Of a DNA stretch of 46,007 bases, positions 30,236 through 39,874 are shown one piece after another. The position numbers and the translations under genes were made by a program. Origin of the DNA: Methylophilaceae bacterium (GTDB taxonomy: Bacteria > Pseudomonadota > Gammaproteobacteria > Burkholderiales > Methylophilaceae); contig JANYIK010000072.1 of the NCBI GenBank assembly GCA_025362115.1, positions 1 through 46,007 of the forward strand, read 5' to 3'. Positions within the stretch are counted from its first letter, which is position 1, and every line of letters starts with the position of its first letter. Under the pieces are notes generated by a model. That model was given only the letters and a program-made list of their open reading frames with translations, made no database searches and was not told the DNA's origin.

Positions 30236-31612
30236 GTGCTTCTAGAACCTTTGCTTACGGCCTTAGCCGCGCGCTTCCCCCCAGAGCGTCTGTTCACCGA
30301 TCCGGTGGATTGTTACGCTTATGCCTATGACAACTCCAAGCGCTTCCATCCACCAGCAGCGGTTGTGTTCCCACTTGATCAAGATGAAGTTCAAGCTGTT
30401 GTCGCCTTGTGCAATGAATACCAAGTTCCGCTTACTCCGCGCGGTCGTGGCACAGGTACTGCGGGTGGCAGCACGCCAGAACAAGGCGGTGTGGCGCTGT
30501 CATTGGAGCGCATGAATAAAATCATCAAGATTGATCCGGCAAACCGTATGGCTATTGTAGAGCCTGGCGTGCTGAATCAAGACTTACAGAATGCCATCAA
30601 AGAGCATGGTTTCTTCTGGCCACCAGATCCTTCCAGCGCGCCGTATTGCACCATAGGCGGCAACATCGCCACCTGCGCTGCGGGACCTCATGCGGTGAAA
30701 TATGGTGTGACACGCGACCATGTATTAGGCTTGAAAGCCATCACCGGCAACGGTGAAGCAATCAAAACGGGCTGTAACACGACTAAAGGGGTAGTAGGCT
30801 ACGACTTAACACGCTTGATCATCGGCTCAGAAGGCACACTGGCTATTGTCACCGAAGCAACACTAAAACTCACACCTCTTCCTCACGCCACGGCTGGGAT
30901 TACCGCGCAATTCAAAGATACGACCAGTTGCGCTCATGCGATTGCAGCAATTATGGCCCAGCCTTTCGTGCCAAGTGCACTAGAATTTCTGGACAACGGC
31001 GCTCTCGATCTGATCCGTAATCGCCATGCCGGCATGTTGCCTGAAGCGGCACGCGCATTTTTGATGATAGAAGTAGATGGCGCCGAAACTGAACTGCCTC
31101 CAGCAGTTGCGGCCATTATCAAAGCTTGCCAAATAGAGGGCTTGATTGATGCGAGTCCGGCACACGACACTCAAGCTTTATGGGCGGCACGCAAAGCGCT
31201 ATCACCATTGTTACGCGATATTGCGCCTAAAAAAATCAATGAGGACATTGCCGTGCCAGTATCGCGCTTGCCGGAATTACTGCAAGGCCTGGAAACACTT
31301 TCAGCAAGATACCAAATAGCCAACGTCAATTTTGGGCATGCAGGCAACGGTAATATCCATGTCAATTTATTGGTAAACCCAGATAACCCAGAAGAAATGG
31401 CCCGTGCCGAGCAATGTTTAGATGAAGTATTTAGCCTGGTATTGGGCTTGGGCGGCACACTCTCTGGAGAACACGGTGTTGGAAGCGCCAAGCGCCCTTA
31501 TGTTGATCGTGAAATTGATGCGCCTACCATAAAATTAATGAAAAAAATAAAGACAACTTTCGATTCTAGGAATATACTTAATCCGGGCAAGTTGTTTCCA
31601 GAAAAAAATTAA
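30236..31612 (+). CDS. FAD-linked oxidase (GlcD-like)
   Basis: 458 aa with PRGRGTGTAGGS and C-terminal GTLSGEHGVG motifs. The GTG start lies 2 nt after the lpdA stop. Confidence 0.85.
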   Translation: MLLEPLLTALAARFPPERLFTDPVDCYAYAYDNSKRFHPPAAVVFPLDQDEVQAVVALCNEYQVPLTPRGRGTGTAGGSTPEQGGVALSLERMNKIIKIDPANRMAIVEPGVLNQDLQNAIKEHGFFWPPDPSSAPYCTIGGNIATCAAGPHAVKYGVTRDHVLGLKAITGNGEAIKTGCNTTKGVVGYDLTRLIIGSEGTLAIVTEATLKLTPLPHATAGITAQFKDTTSCAHAIAAIMAQPFVPSALEFLDNGALDLIRNRHAGMLPEAARAFLMIEVDGAETELPPAVAAIIKACQIEGLIDASPAHDTQALWAARKALSPLLRDIAPKKINEDIAVPVSRLPELLQGLETLSARYQIANVNFGHAGNGNIHVNLLVNPDNPEEMARAEQCLDEVFSLVLGLGGTLSGEHGVGSAKRPYVDREIDAPTIKLMKKIKTTFDSRNILNPGKLFPEKN

Positions 31613-31633
31613 GTAAAATTAAGTAAAATTAAT

Positions 31634-31660
31634 TAAAGTTTTGGGTACTGTTGCCGCTAA
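31634..31660 (+). promoter_or_regulatory. Sigma-28 (FliA)-type promoter for flgM-flgN
   Basis: TAAAGTTT-N11-GCCGCTAA matches the consensus TAAAGTTT-N11-GCCGATAA with one mismatch. It lies about 40 nt upstream of the flgM ATG. Confidence 0.75.
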
Positions 31661-31699
31661 CAAGCCTGTGTGGAACAGCTTGAAGCGATGGAGTACATC

Positions 31700-31996
31700 A
31701 TGAAAATCGACAGTTCTTTAGTAGGTGCCGTACCAACCGCCACTAGCGGTTCGTCTCCCCGTGTCGAGAAAGAGACACCACAAAAGAATAGCAGCAGCAC
31801 TGTCAGCCTGTCTGAAGCATCAGCACGCATCCAAGCAGTGGAGGCCAGCGCGCACGAATCTTCCGGATTTAATGCCGCTAAAGTAGCCGCCATACGACAA
31901 GCTATCAGCGATGGTACTTTCCGTATAGACGTAAACTTGATAGCGAAGAAACTACTCACTTCTGCACAAGACCTACTCGAAATCCAAGGCGCTTAA
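31700..31996 (+). CDS. flgM: Anti-sigma-28 factor FlgM
   Basis: The C-terminal KVAAIRQAISDGTFRIDVNLIAKKLL is the FlgM sigma-28-binding region. GGAG lies 8 nt upstream of the ATG at 31700. Confidence 0.85.
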   Translation: MKIDSSLVGAVPTATSGSSPRVEKETPQKNSSSTVSLSEASARIQAVEASAHESSGFNAAKVAAIRQAISDGTFRIDVNLIAKKLLTSAQDLLEIQGA

Positions 31997-31997
31997 T

Positions 31998-32489
31998 TTG
32001 GCAGACTCTGCTGTTGTAACCGCACAAATTGCTGAAAACTTGGCGGTTGAGATTCTCGAATTTGAAGTATTCAAAAAACTCTTACTTACCGAGCAAGAAT
32101 CTCTCATCGTAGGTGATACCTCTAGCCTTACGGAAATTACCGAAAAAAAGTCACTGCATATTGCCAAGTTGGATAGCTTGGCGGCAGAGCGTCTGAAGCG
32201 CATCCAATCTCTAGGGTTCAAACCTGACCGCGAAGGTGTCGCGCAATGGGCTGAAAGCACTGACGCTGCAGCAAATAGACTATGGAAATCTCTACTAACT
32301 CTAGGCAACGACATTCAAGCAACCAACACTCTTAACGGCAAGCTCATCAACACGCGTTTGCAGTACACACAACAAACCATGTCCGCCTTGCTGGCTGCGG
32401 TGAATCAGGCAGAGTTGTATGGCCCCTCTGGTCAGCGTGAAGGCACTCCTCAAAGCAGCAACGCCCGTGGCATCATAGGCAAGGCATGA
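31998..32489 (+). CDS. flgN: Flagellar export chaperone FlgN
   Basis: 163 aa, Leu/Gln-rich and helical, immediately downstream of flgM with a TTG start. The call rests on context and size. Confidence 0.7.
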   Translation: MADSAVVTAQIAENLAVEILEFEVFKKLLLTEQESLIVGDTSSLTEITEKKSLHIAKLDSLAAERLKRIQSLGFKPDREGVAQWAESTDAAANRLWKSLLTLGNDIQATNTLNGKLINTRLQYTQQTMSALLAAVNQAELYGPSGQREGTPQSSNARGIIGKA

Positions 32490-32504
32490 GATGTGAGCAG
32501 ACAT

Positions 32505-32535
32505 AAAAAAAACCGGCCTATCTGCCGGTCTTTTT
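32505..32535. terminator. Bidirectional terminator between flgN and motB
   Basis: An A8 run, stem ACCGGC/GCCGGT and a T5 run. Confidence 0.75.
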
Positions 32536-32566
32536 ATGCTCTTTTCTAGTCATGCTCTTCTCTAGG

Positions 32567-33418
32567 CTAGTGCTTGGTTGACGTTGCTGGAATCGCTGAA
32601 GAAATTGCTTCTGCAGCTGGCCTAATGTCAGGAGCGAGATGACCACTTCCTTGTACACCAGTTCGATTCGTCCCAGTTTCCGCCAATATCATAATAGTCA
32701 CACGTCGATTACGCGCACGACCCTCAGGAGTATCGTTGCTGTCCACTGAACGCTTGTCGGCATAGCCCACCGCCACCATGCGCTCCCCCGCCACACCATT
32801 GGTTTCAAACAAGCGAATCACACTACTAGCGCGCGCCGAGGACAACTCCCAATTGGAAGGAAACACAGAAGAGCGTATCGGTTGGTTATCAGTATGACCT
32901 TCAATCTGGATCTGATGACTATCCGCCGCGACCACTTTGGCCACCGCACTCAGCGCCTCGACTGATTGCTTGTGTAAATCCGCTTTAGCAGTATCAAACA
33001 ACACACTGGCATTGATTTCGATGGAAATACCATGAATGGTCTCTGTCACTTGTACCTTGCCTTCTTTTTCCAAGGATTCTAATGCCTCTTGAACACTCTT
33101 AGCCACCGCCTGCAAATTTTCACGCTGTTGCTGTTTTTTTATTTCTTCAGCTTGCGCTACCTGCGGTTTTTGTGGTGCTATCGTTACGGTAGTCAACCCC
33201 ACAGAAGCACTGTGAGGTTTGGGATTGTTTTTTGGACTGGGTTCATAGTCAAATGCTGCTTGCAGCGACTCTGCAAGCGCTGTAGCTTTAGTAATATCCA
33301 ATTTCGACATTGCAAACAGCACCACGAACACAGCGAACAGCAAGGTGATGAAGTCAGCGTAAGATACCAACCACCGCTCATGATTTTCGTGGTCTTCGTG
33401 TTTTTGTTTGCGTGCCAT
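32567..33418 (-). CDS. motB: Flagellar stator protein MotB family (OmpA-like C-terminus)
   Basis: The N-terminal WLVSYADFITLLFAVF plug/TM region and GHTDNQPI...NWELSSARA peptidoglycan-binding motif are present. Confidence 0.9.
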   Translation of the reverse strand: MARKQKHEDHENHERWLVSYADFITLLFAVFVVLFAMSKLDITKATALAESLQAAFDYEPSPKNNPKPHSASVGLTTVTIAPQKPQVAQAEEIKKQQQRENLQAVAKSVQEALESLEKEGKVQVTETIHGISIEINASVLFDTAKADLHKQSVEALSAVAKVVAADSHQIQIEGHTDNQPIRSSVFPSNWELSSARASSVIRLFETNGVAGERMVAVGYADKRSVDSNDTPEGRARNRRVTIMILAETGTNRTGVQGSGHLAPDIRPAAEAISSAIPATSTKH

Positions 33419-33437
33419 GATGTGAACTCAGGTTTAA

Positions 33438-34208
33438 TTAAGCGATAAAGCCACGCAGACGAGTTTCAATCAAGCGTGGATTGTCACCATTAGCAACCGA
33501 CACCAAACCCTCTACCACCATCGCGCGTTTCACCATTTCACGCGCTATCACTGATTTGATTTTATTGGAAAAAGGCAAGAAAAACAGGTTAGCAGCGCCC
33601 ACGCCATACAGAGTTGCCACGAAGGCCACCGCAATACCAGTACCTAATGAGGAAATATCAACACCACCCTCTGCAGACAAGCCGCCCATCACGTGGATCA
33701 ACCCCATCACCGCACCTAGAATCCCAATAGTCGGCGAGTAGCCGCCCGCCGACTCCCAGACTCGTGCGGCTTGACGATGATGCTCATCATAGGAACCCAT
33801 CTCCACCTCCATCATTTCACGCAGCTTTTCTGGCTCTGCACCATCCACCAGCATTTGCAAGCCTTTACGCATGAAAGGATCGTTCATTTCTTCAATCAAC
33901 GGTTCCAGCGACAACAAACCTCCGCGTCTTGCAGTATTACCCCAACCTACCACTTGTTCAATAACACTTTCCAACGCGACACTTGGAGTCATGAACACCC
34001 ATTTGAGCAAATTCACGCCTAGAAAAAACACGGGAGTAGGATATTGAATAAGACACGCGCCTATTGTGCCGCCGAATACGATGATAAAAGCGGCAAGCTG
34101 TATCAAAGTATTAGCATGCCCGCCCTCTAAGGCCTGTCCTCCAAGAATGGCCCCAAACGCCATAAAAACGCCGATAAGTGTAGTTGTATCTAAGCGAGAA
34201 TTATTCAT
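33438..34208 (-). CDS. motA: Flagellar stator protein MotA/PomA family
   Basis: 256 aa with 4 TM segments and the conserved C-terminal GIAVAFVATLYGVGAANLFFLP. Confidence 0.9.
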   Translation of the reverse strand: MNNSRLDTTTLIGVFMAFGAILGGQALEGGHANTLIQLAAFIIVFGGTIGACLIQYPTPVFFLGVNLLKWVFMTPSVALESVIEQVVGWGNTARRGGLLSLEPLIEEMNDPFMRKGLQMLVDGAEPEKLREMMEVEMGSYDEHHRQAARVWESAGGYSPTIGILGAVMGLIHVMGGLSAEGGVDISSLGTGIAVAFVATLYGVGAANLFFLPFSNKIKSVIAREMVKRAMVVEGLVSVANGDNPRLIETRLRGFIA

Positions 34209-34210
34209 AT

Positions 34211-34924
34211 TTATTGTCCAATCCAGTCTTTAAGCACAGCACGTAATCGCATAATTGCCTGAGAATGTATCTGGCACACGCGAGATTCAGAAACGCCCAG
34301 CACCGCCCCAGCCTCCTTGAGATTAAGATCCTCTTGATAGTACATGGCCATCACCATCCTTTCACGTTCTGGCAACAATTCAATGGCTTCCGCCAAAGCT
34401 TGCTGCATCCCCTCATCCTGCAAAATCTGCAAAATCTCAGGACGACCATCCGTAATATTGAGCTCTATCGGCTCATCACCTTCGCGCTGGAAGTCCTCAT
34501 AGTACACCAGTTGATGTCCACGCGCATCTGCCAGCATGGTCTGATACTCTTGTAACGCCAGCCCTAACTGTTGCGCTATCTCAAACTCGGTCGGCGCCAT
34601 CCCCAATTGTTGTTGCAACTGCGCAATCGCACGCTCAATATCTCGCGCATTTTTACGCACCGAGCGCGGCACCCAGTCAATCTCGCGCAACTCATCCAGC
34701 ATTGCCCCGCGAATACGCTGCGAAGCATAGGTTTCAAACTGTGCGCCCTGAGTTTCGTCAAAATGATTGAGCGCGTCAAGTAGTCCCATCATTCCCGCTT
34801 GCACTAAATCATCAATCTGCACACTGGCTGGCAACCTAGCCGCCAACTGGTAGGCAATACGCTTTACCAGCAAAGAATATTCGTCCACCGAACGCTCTAT
34901 GCCCAAGCGAATAGTTGCCGTCAT
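34211..34924 (-). CDS. fliA: Flagellar sigma factor FliA (sigma-28)
   Basis: Region 2 DLVQAGMMGLLDALNHFD and region 4 LNLKEAGAVLGVSESRVCQIHSQA are present. It sits downstream of flhF and flhG. Confidence 0.92.
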   Translation of the reverse strand: MTATIRLGIERSVDEYSLLVKRIAYQLAARLPASVQIDDLVQAGMMGLLDALNHFDETQGAQFETYASQRIRGAMLDELREIDWVPRSVRKNARDIERAIAQLQQQLGMAPTEFEIAQQLGLALQEYQTMLADARGHQLVYYEDFQREGDEPIELNITDGRPEILQILQDEGMQQALAEAIELLPERERMVMAMYYQEDLNLKEAGAVLGVSESRVCQIHSQAIMRLRAVLKDWIGQ

Positions 34925-34928
34925 AAGC

Positions 34929-35759
34929 TCAAACTGCCGTCAGGTTGCTGCCCGTAGCACTTAACAGACGACACATAAAAGCATCAAAACGATTGCCGTC
35001 ATTTTGCAACGGCCAGTGCATCATGTCTACTGCAAACATTTCCAATGTGCGTGCCGCTTGCAGACGATTGGTAGGTAACACGCAAGCAAAGTCCGGTTTT
35101 AATGCCAAATATCTGTCGCAAACTGCGGTGAGCTTGTGAAACAAAAACTTCGCTTTTGCTTCGTTGCCACCACGGAACATCATCATAAAATGTCTATCAT
35201 CATCCATACGGTCAAGCGTTTTGATGTGCCTGTAAGCCTCGGTAATGCCATGATCGCTCTCATCGCACAGCACGATTACCTCAGTCGCCGCCAGCGCAAA
35301 GCCTAAGCCATGACGCTGCAAATCTGAGGCGGCGTGAATAATGATGCAATCAAACCCTACCACCAAAGCATGAAAAGTGTCCAAAAATTGTATACGCGCT
35401 GCCTCGAGATTTCGCCCCAAGTGTTCGGTATCAGCTGGCATCAAGGCCACTCCGGCCACAGATACTATCACCTCATCCAACGCATTTTTGCCACGCAACA
35501 CGTCTCCCACATCCCACCCCAAGGGTTGTTCCAGCAAAGGATGTGACGTTGTCGCACACAAGGCCTCATCAACCAGCAACACTTTCTTGTCTTGCGCCAC
35601 CAAAGCCATCGCCAGCGCCGTCGCCACACTTTGGCTTTGACTCCCGACTAGCGCAACAACACGCACCGCCTCCGCTGCAAACAATTGGCGCAGGCCAGTG
35701 GCTTGATCTGTGTTGGCTGATGTCTTAGCCAAACAAGTCTCCCGTTCCTGCCCAATCAC
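34929..35759 (-). CDS. flhG: FlhG/FleN (MinD-like) homolog with degenerate nucleotide-binding motifs
   Basis: It aligns with FleN along its length (EVIVLCDESDHGITEAYRHIKTL, FHKLTAVCDRYL). The deviant Walker A GKGGVGKT is replaced by GSQSQSVAT. The Walker B Asp position reads IIIHAA. Confidence 0.75.
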   Translation of the reverse strand: MIGQERETCLAKTSANTDQATGLRQLFAAEAVRVVALVGSQSQSVATALAMALVAQDKKVLLVDEALCATTSHPLLEQPLGWDVGDVLRGKNALDEVIVSVAGVALMPADTEHLGRNLEAARIQFLDTFHALVVGFDCIIIHAASDLQRHGLGFALAATEVIVLCDESDHGITEAYRHIKTLDRMDDDRHFMMMFRGGNEAKAKFLFHKLTAVCDRYLALKPDFACVLPTNRLQAARTLEMFAVDMMHWPLQNDGNRFDAFMCRLLSATGSNLTAV

Positions 35760-37101
35760 CCTGCATCACCATTTCTTCTTGATTGATTTGCATCGCACCT
35801 GTGGACTGGCCTTTGAAGGCACGGTCTACCAAATAAGTAGAATTCGCGGTACGAATATCTTCTGGCACGCGCTGGCCATTAGTCACATAGTGTAATTTCA
35901 GCCCGTGACGGATGAGACAGTCTATCGCTGGTGCCAAAGAGACAGATTCGTCTACTTTGGTCAAAATACAGCCGTCCAAACCCACACCTTGATGAGCACG
36001 AACGATATCGTCCAAAGTCACGCCCTGTGCGGTGGCGGGCAATATCAACTGACGTTTGACCTGACGATTATCGCCACACAGGAATTTGATTTGTTCGGGA
36101 ATGTTGCGATCACGCTGGCTCATACCCACGGTGTCTATCAATACCAAATGGCTGCGCTGTAATTCGGCCAGTGTGGAATCAAGCTCAGCATCCTCCTTCA
36201 CCGCATACACTGGCACATTCAGAATACGGCCATAAATACGCAGCTGTTCATGCGCTCCGATTCGGTAACTATCCGTTGAAAGTAGCGCAATATTGGAAGC
36301 CCCAAAGCGCAACACCGCATGTGCCGCCAACTTAGCCACTGTGGTAGTTTTCCCCACACCGGTTGGACCTACCAAGGCCACGATACCACCGCGTTCGATC
36401 ACGTCAGCACCCGATTCATCCACGCGCAGATTATGTGCTATAGCCTTTTTCAGCCACATCACACCCTTTTCAAAATCCATACCGTCGGGTAAAGCGTCCA
36501 CCAACTTGCGCGATAAGGCTGGGCTAAACCCCGCACCAAAAAGCACGCGCAACAACTCGGCTTTAATCGGGTCGCGCCGCGCTAACTCACCCCAGGCAAA
36601 ACCTGAAAGCTGACCTTCCAACAAACCACGCAAATGCTTGAGCTCAAAAGCCATGCCCGCCATAGTGGAACTCAACTCTGGTACTTGCTCTATATCTTCT
36701 TGCGGGTCTGGTTGCACTTCCCAGCGTGGCATCCTTGGCGGCGGAGCTTCTTGCGCGATGGTGGAGCGTGATTTTTTGCGGGGCTCTTTTTCCAGCGCCT
36801 CGGTAGCAGCGGCTATGGTTTTCTTCAGGGACGGTGGTTGGCTGGTAGCATCTTTGTGATTCAAGATCGCCGCAATCGCTTCAGAACCAAATGCTGAAGC
36901 AGCGGTGACCTTGCCAGCAGTTACGCTGACGGCTGGTTTAGGATAGGTCAGCGCGTCCATCTCGTCACCGGCAACAGCAGTAATCTCAACGCCATCGGCC
37001 ACTTTACGGTTGGATAGAATCAGCGCATCGCCGCCCAGCGCATCGCGCACTTGTTGCATCGCGTCACGAGAATTCGATCCGTAAAATTTCTGGACATTCA
37101 T
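35725..37101 (-). CDS. flhF: Flagellar biosynthesis GTPase FlhF (SRP-type)
   Basis: The product starts MNVQKFYGSNSRDAMQQVR. G1 is GPTGVGKTTT, G3 is DTVGMSQRD and G4 is TKVDE. The start is placed at the ATG at 37101. Confidence 0.92.
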   Translation of the reverse strand: MNVQKFYGSNSRDAMQQVRDALGGDALILSNRKVADGVEITAVAGDEMDALTYPKPAVSVTAGKVTAASAFGSEAIAAILNHKDATSQPPSLKKTIAAATEALEKEPRKKSRSTIAQEAPPPRMPRWEVQPDPQEDIEQVPELSSTMAGMAFELKHLRGLLEGQLSGFAWGELARRDPIKAELLRVLFGAGFSPALSRKLVDALPDGMDFEKGVMWLKKAIAHNLRVDESGADVIERGGIVALVGPTGVGKTTTVAKLAAHAVLRFGASNIALLSTDSYRIGAHEQLRIYGRILNVPVYAVKEDAELDSTLAELQRSHLVLIDTVGMSQRDRNIPEQIKFLCGDNRQVKRQLILPATAQGVTLDDIVRAHQGVGLDGCILTKVDESVSLAPAIDCLIRHGLKLHYVTNGQRVPEDIRTANSTYLVDRAFKGQSTGAMQINQEEMVMQGDWAGTGDLFG

Positions 37102-37398
37102 ATCAATTGTCTTTCCAAAAACGCGCAAACACACACGCCAATTAGCGCTTAATGGTTAAGTCTATCACGGGGAAAGTTACGAAATAAAGTGAAAATAAAA
37201 CAAAAATTACAATATTGCGAATTATCAGCGTCAAAATGCCAGAAACATCACCACATCAAAGCAGACGATGTAGTTCAGAATCGAATTTGAGCAATTTGAT
37301 TTCGCTCACCAAATTACGAATTGACTGTACTTCTACTTGATGTACGCTGGCATTAGCAGCATTAAGAGCCAACAAGTTGGTTTGGTCTGCAATTATTG

Positions 37399-39303
37399 TT
37401 AAACGTGTTTCAACCTATCGTAAATTTCCATCATGCGCGGTAAAGCGCGCAACATGGCGGCGATGACCTCGGGGTCAAAATGCTTGCCAGCGTCTTCCTG
37501 CATAGCTTCCAGCGCCTTTTCCACCGGCCAGGCATCTTTGTAAGGACGCTTGGAGGTCAGCGCATCGAATACGTCTGCCGCAGCGATAATGCGGGCTGAT
37601 AGCGGTATATCCTGGCCTTTCAAGCCTGCGGGATAGCCGCTGCCGTCAAATTTTTCATGGTGACACTCGGCGATTTCGATACCCACTTGAAACACTGTGT
37701 GTCCCAGCGCTTGCACTTGCGCCTCACTCTTACGCAGCACCTCGCCGCCTATCACCGGATGGCGCTCCATCTCTTTGCGTTCTATAGGGTCTAGCCGCGC
37801 GGGTTTTAGCAATACGCTATCGGCGATACCCACCTTGCCGATGTCGTGCATGGGAGCAAAATTGAACACATCACGCACATAAGCCGGAGTAATCTGCGCC
37901 ATATAAATTCCCTCCTTGCCTAGCTCTTCGGCCACCAAGGCCGAATAGAGCGCCATACGCACCAAGTGATCGCCCGTTTCAGGATCACGACTTTCAGCGA
38001 GCTTTGCCAGGCCTTCTACGGCAGCCACCACCAGGCTTTCCATCACCACGGTTTTTTCCAGCACGTGTGAAATAGTCGCGGCAATGTTATTCAAAAATTC
38101 CACATGCTCTGACTTATACCCCTCTTGCTTACTGGCGAACACCATCACCGCTTGATGTTCACCACTCAGTACAGGCATATACACCGCCGAGTGCATACCG
38201 GCATTAGCCAGAACGCATTCCAAGAGATGCGGCGAATTAAGCGGCGTGAGTGTAAAGGCAATTGGCGCAGAGGCTTGCATCAGATGCGCCATAACGCCTT
38301 GCTTGGCATCAAAACTAACACCATCTTTCAATGCTCTGGTGTGTGAACTGTAATGCCGCTCCAATGTTAGGCGGCCACGATCGGGTGTAGGGTAAAAAAC
38401 GCCCACCCAATCCAGCGGAACAAACCCTTGAAATTCATCGTGGACAAAACGCAGCATCTCGTCCAGTTTGTTGCCTTGGTTGATGCGATCTGTCAGCCGG
38501 AAAATACCGTTGATACGCTGCGTCAACAAGTTAAACGCTTGTGTCATCTGGCCAATTTCGCTAACGCCATGCACGGTCACCTGATGACTAAAATCGCCCT
38601 GTGCCACACGCGAAAAACCTTCAATCGTATACTTGAGCGGCTTTATAACAGCACGCTGCACGATCAACATCACCAATATCACCAACACCAAGCCTAGGCC
38701 GCCAGCCACCCACTGAAACAAGCGAATTTGGTCTAATTTCTTTTCCATCATGCGTTGAAAGGCTCCGCTCAGCCGATCTGACGATTTGGTCAATAGTGCG
38801 CCGTGCGTCTCAATATATTCGGCAGCCCAAGTTAAACGTGGTTCGGTAAGATTCGCTCCGAGCTTGTCTTGTAGACCCTTATGAAAATGCATCCAGTCAC
38901 TCATGGTTTGGTGCAACTGAGCGTTGAGTTCACTATCGAAATTACACTTGATGACTGAGGTATGATCGCCTACCAGTTCTGCGTCTATCTGGCGGCTTTC
39001 AAGTGAGCGGATGATTTTGTCGTAGAGTAAGGTTTGTTTTTGTAAGTCTTGCCAATAAGTCGCCAAGTCACGCGCGTATTTATCATCGTCATCTGGCGCG
39101 ACCTTCGCATAGTGGTGCGCCTGCTCCATCATGGTCTGGCTCAGTACGCGCAACTGCCCGGCCAAATTGAGAATGAGGTAGTCGTGCTTGCGCAGATGAA
39201 GTGCGTACAGGGTATAACCCAGCGTACTCACCATCAGCAAAAAAATGGCTAAAATCGCGGCGCCGATTTGGGTGCGTAAGGAATTTAGCCTGAGACTTAT
39301 CAT
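37399..39303 (-). CDS. Membrane sensor HD-GYP phosphodiesterase (periplasmic sensor, HAMP, GAF-like and HD-GYP parts)
   Basis: 634 aa. Two TM segments bracket a sensor region of about 170 aa. The C-terminus carries HDIGKVGI and HHEKFDGSGYPAGL. The ATG lies 5 nt after the DoxX stop. Confidence 0.88.
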   Translation of the reverse strand: MISLRLNSLRTQIGAAILAIFLLMVSTLGYTLYALHLRKHDYLILNLAGQLRVLSQTMMEQAHHYAKVAPDDDDKYARDLATYWQDLQKQTLLYDKIIRSLESRQIDAELVGDHTSVIKCNFDSELNAQLHQTMSDWMHFHKGLQDKLGANLTEPRLTWAAEYIETHGALLTKSSDRLSGAFQRMMEKKLDQIRLFQWVAGGLGLVLVILVMLIVQRAVIKPLKYTIEGFSRVAQGDFSHQVTVHGVSEIGQMTQAFNLLTQRINGIFRLTDRINQGNKLDEMLRFVHDEFQGFVPLDWVGVFYPTPDRGRLTLERHYSSHTRALKDGVSFDAKQGVMAHLMQASAPIAFTLTPLNSPHLLECVLANAGMHSAVYMPVLSGEHQAVMVFASKQEGYKSEHVEFLNNIAATISHVLEKTVVMESLVVAAVEGLAKLAESRDPETGDHLVRMALYSALVAEELGKEGIYMAQITPAYVRDVFNFAPMHDIGKVGIADSVLLKPARLDPIERKEMERHPVIGGEVLRKSEAQVQALGHTVFQVGIEIAECHHEKFDGSGYPAGLKGQDIPLSARIIAAADVFDALTSKRPYKDAWPVEKALEAMQEDAGKHFDPEVIAAMLRALPRMMEIYDRLKHV

Positions 39304-39308
39304 CTACA

Positions 39309-39818
39309 TCATTCCTTCTTGCAGCAACGCTGCATTAGCCAATAATCCAAACTCCACTTGCCCGCGCCGCCAAACAGTAAGGGTAAAAACATCACCAGAT
39401 ACAACAAAGGTAATTTGTAGTTGCCCAAACCGTCGCCGTCTTCATCCACAATGCGATAACCCTTTAACAACTCGGATACCGTACTCCAATGTTCCGGCCA
39501 ATGTACGCTGGCAATGGCAACCACGGTCAGAATCATCAAGGACACGGTAAAAAAGCGTGTGGCGAATCCGAGCAATATGGCCGCAGCGCCTACCGTTTCA
39601 AAGAAGATAGAAATATTCCAGCTGACGCTAGCCGGCAACAGATTGAAAGGGAAAGGAAACGTAATATCGGTAAACCAATTAGGCCCATGCAGTTTCTCAA
39701 ACCCCGCCTCGCCGAACTCCCAAGCCAGTATCAGGCGTAGCACCAAAGGCGGAATGATAGGAGCGAGGCTTTCGGCGATGCCCACCAGTTGACAATAGAT
39801 TGCGGCTAGTTTTTTCAT
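39309..39818 (-). CDS. DoxX-family membrane protein (fourth gene of MNIO cluster 1)
   Basis: 169 aa with 4 hydrophobic segments. It holds the position typical of DoxX genes following DUF692/DUF2063 pairs. Confidence 0.75.
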   Translation of the reverse strand: MKKLAAIYCQLVGIAESLAPIIPPLVLRLILAWEFGEAGFEKLHGPNWFTDITFPFPFNLLPASVSWNISIFFETVGAAAILLGFATRFFTVSLMILTVVAIASVHWPEHWSTVSELLKGYRIVDEDGDGLGNYKLPLLYLVMFLPLLFGGAGKWSLDYWLMQRCCKKE

Positions 39819-39874
39819 GTTGGTTTCCCCATGTTAAAAATATCACTCATGCAATGCAGGCGGAGCTGCCTGTG

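Noticed and set aside
31611-31630. Tandem AAGTAAAATT x2 after the glcD-like stop
   Set aside because: There are only two 10-nt units in an AT-rich spacer, which is too short to call a functional repeat. It lies just upstream of the sigma-28 promoter and may be part of its AT-rich upstream region.
37135-37398. Sigma-54-like (TGGCAT..GC, TGGCGT..TTGC) and sigma-28-like (TGATGTTT..GCTGATAA) matches upstream of flhF
   Set aside because: In both sigma-54 candidates the GG-to-GC spacing is off by one, and the sigma-28-like halves are 13 rather than 11 nt apart. No promoter call is made for this AT-rich 264-nt gap.
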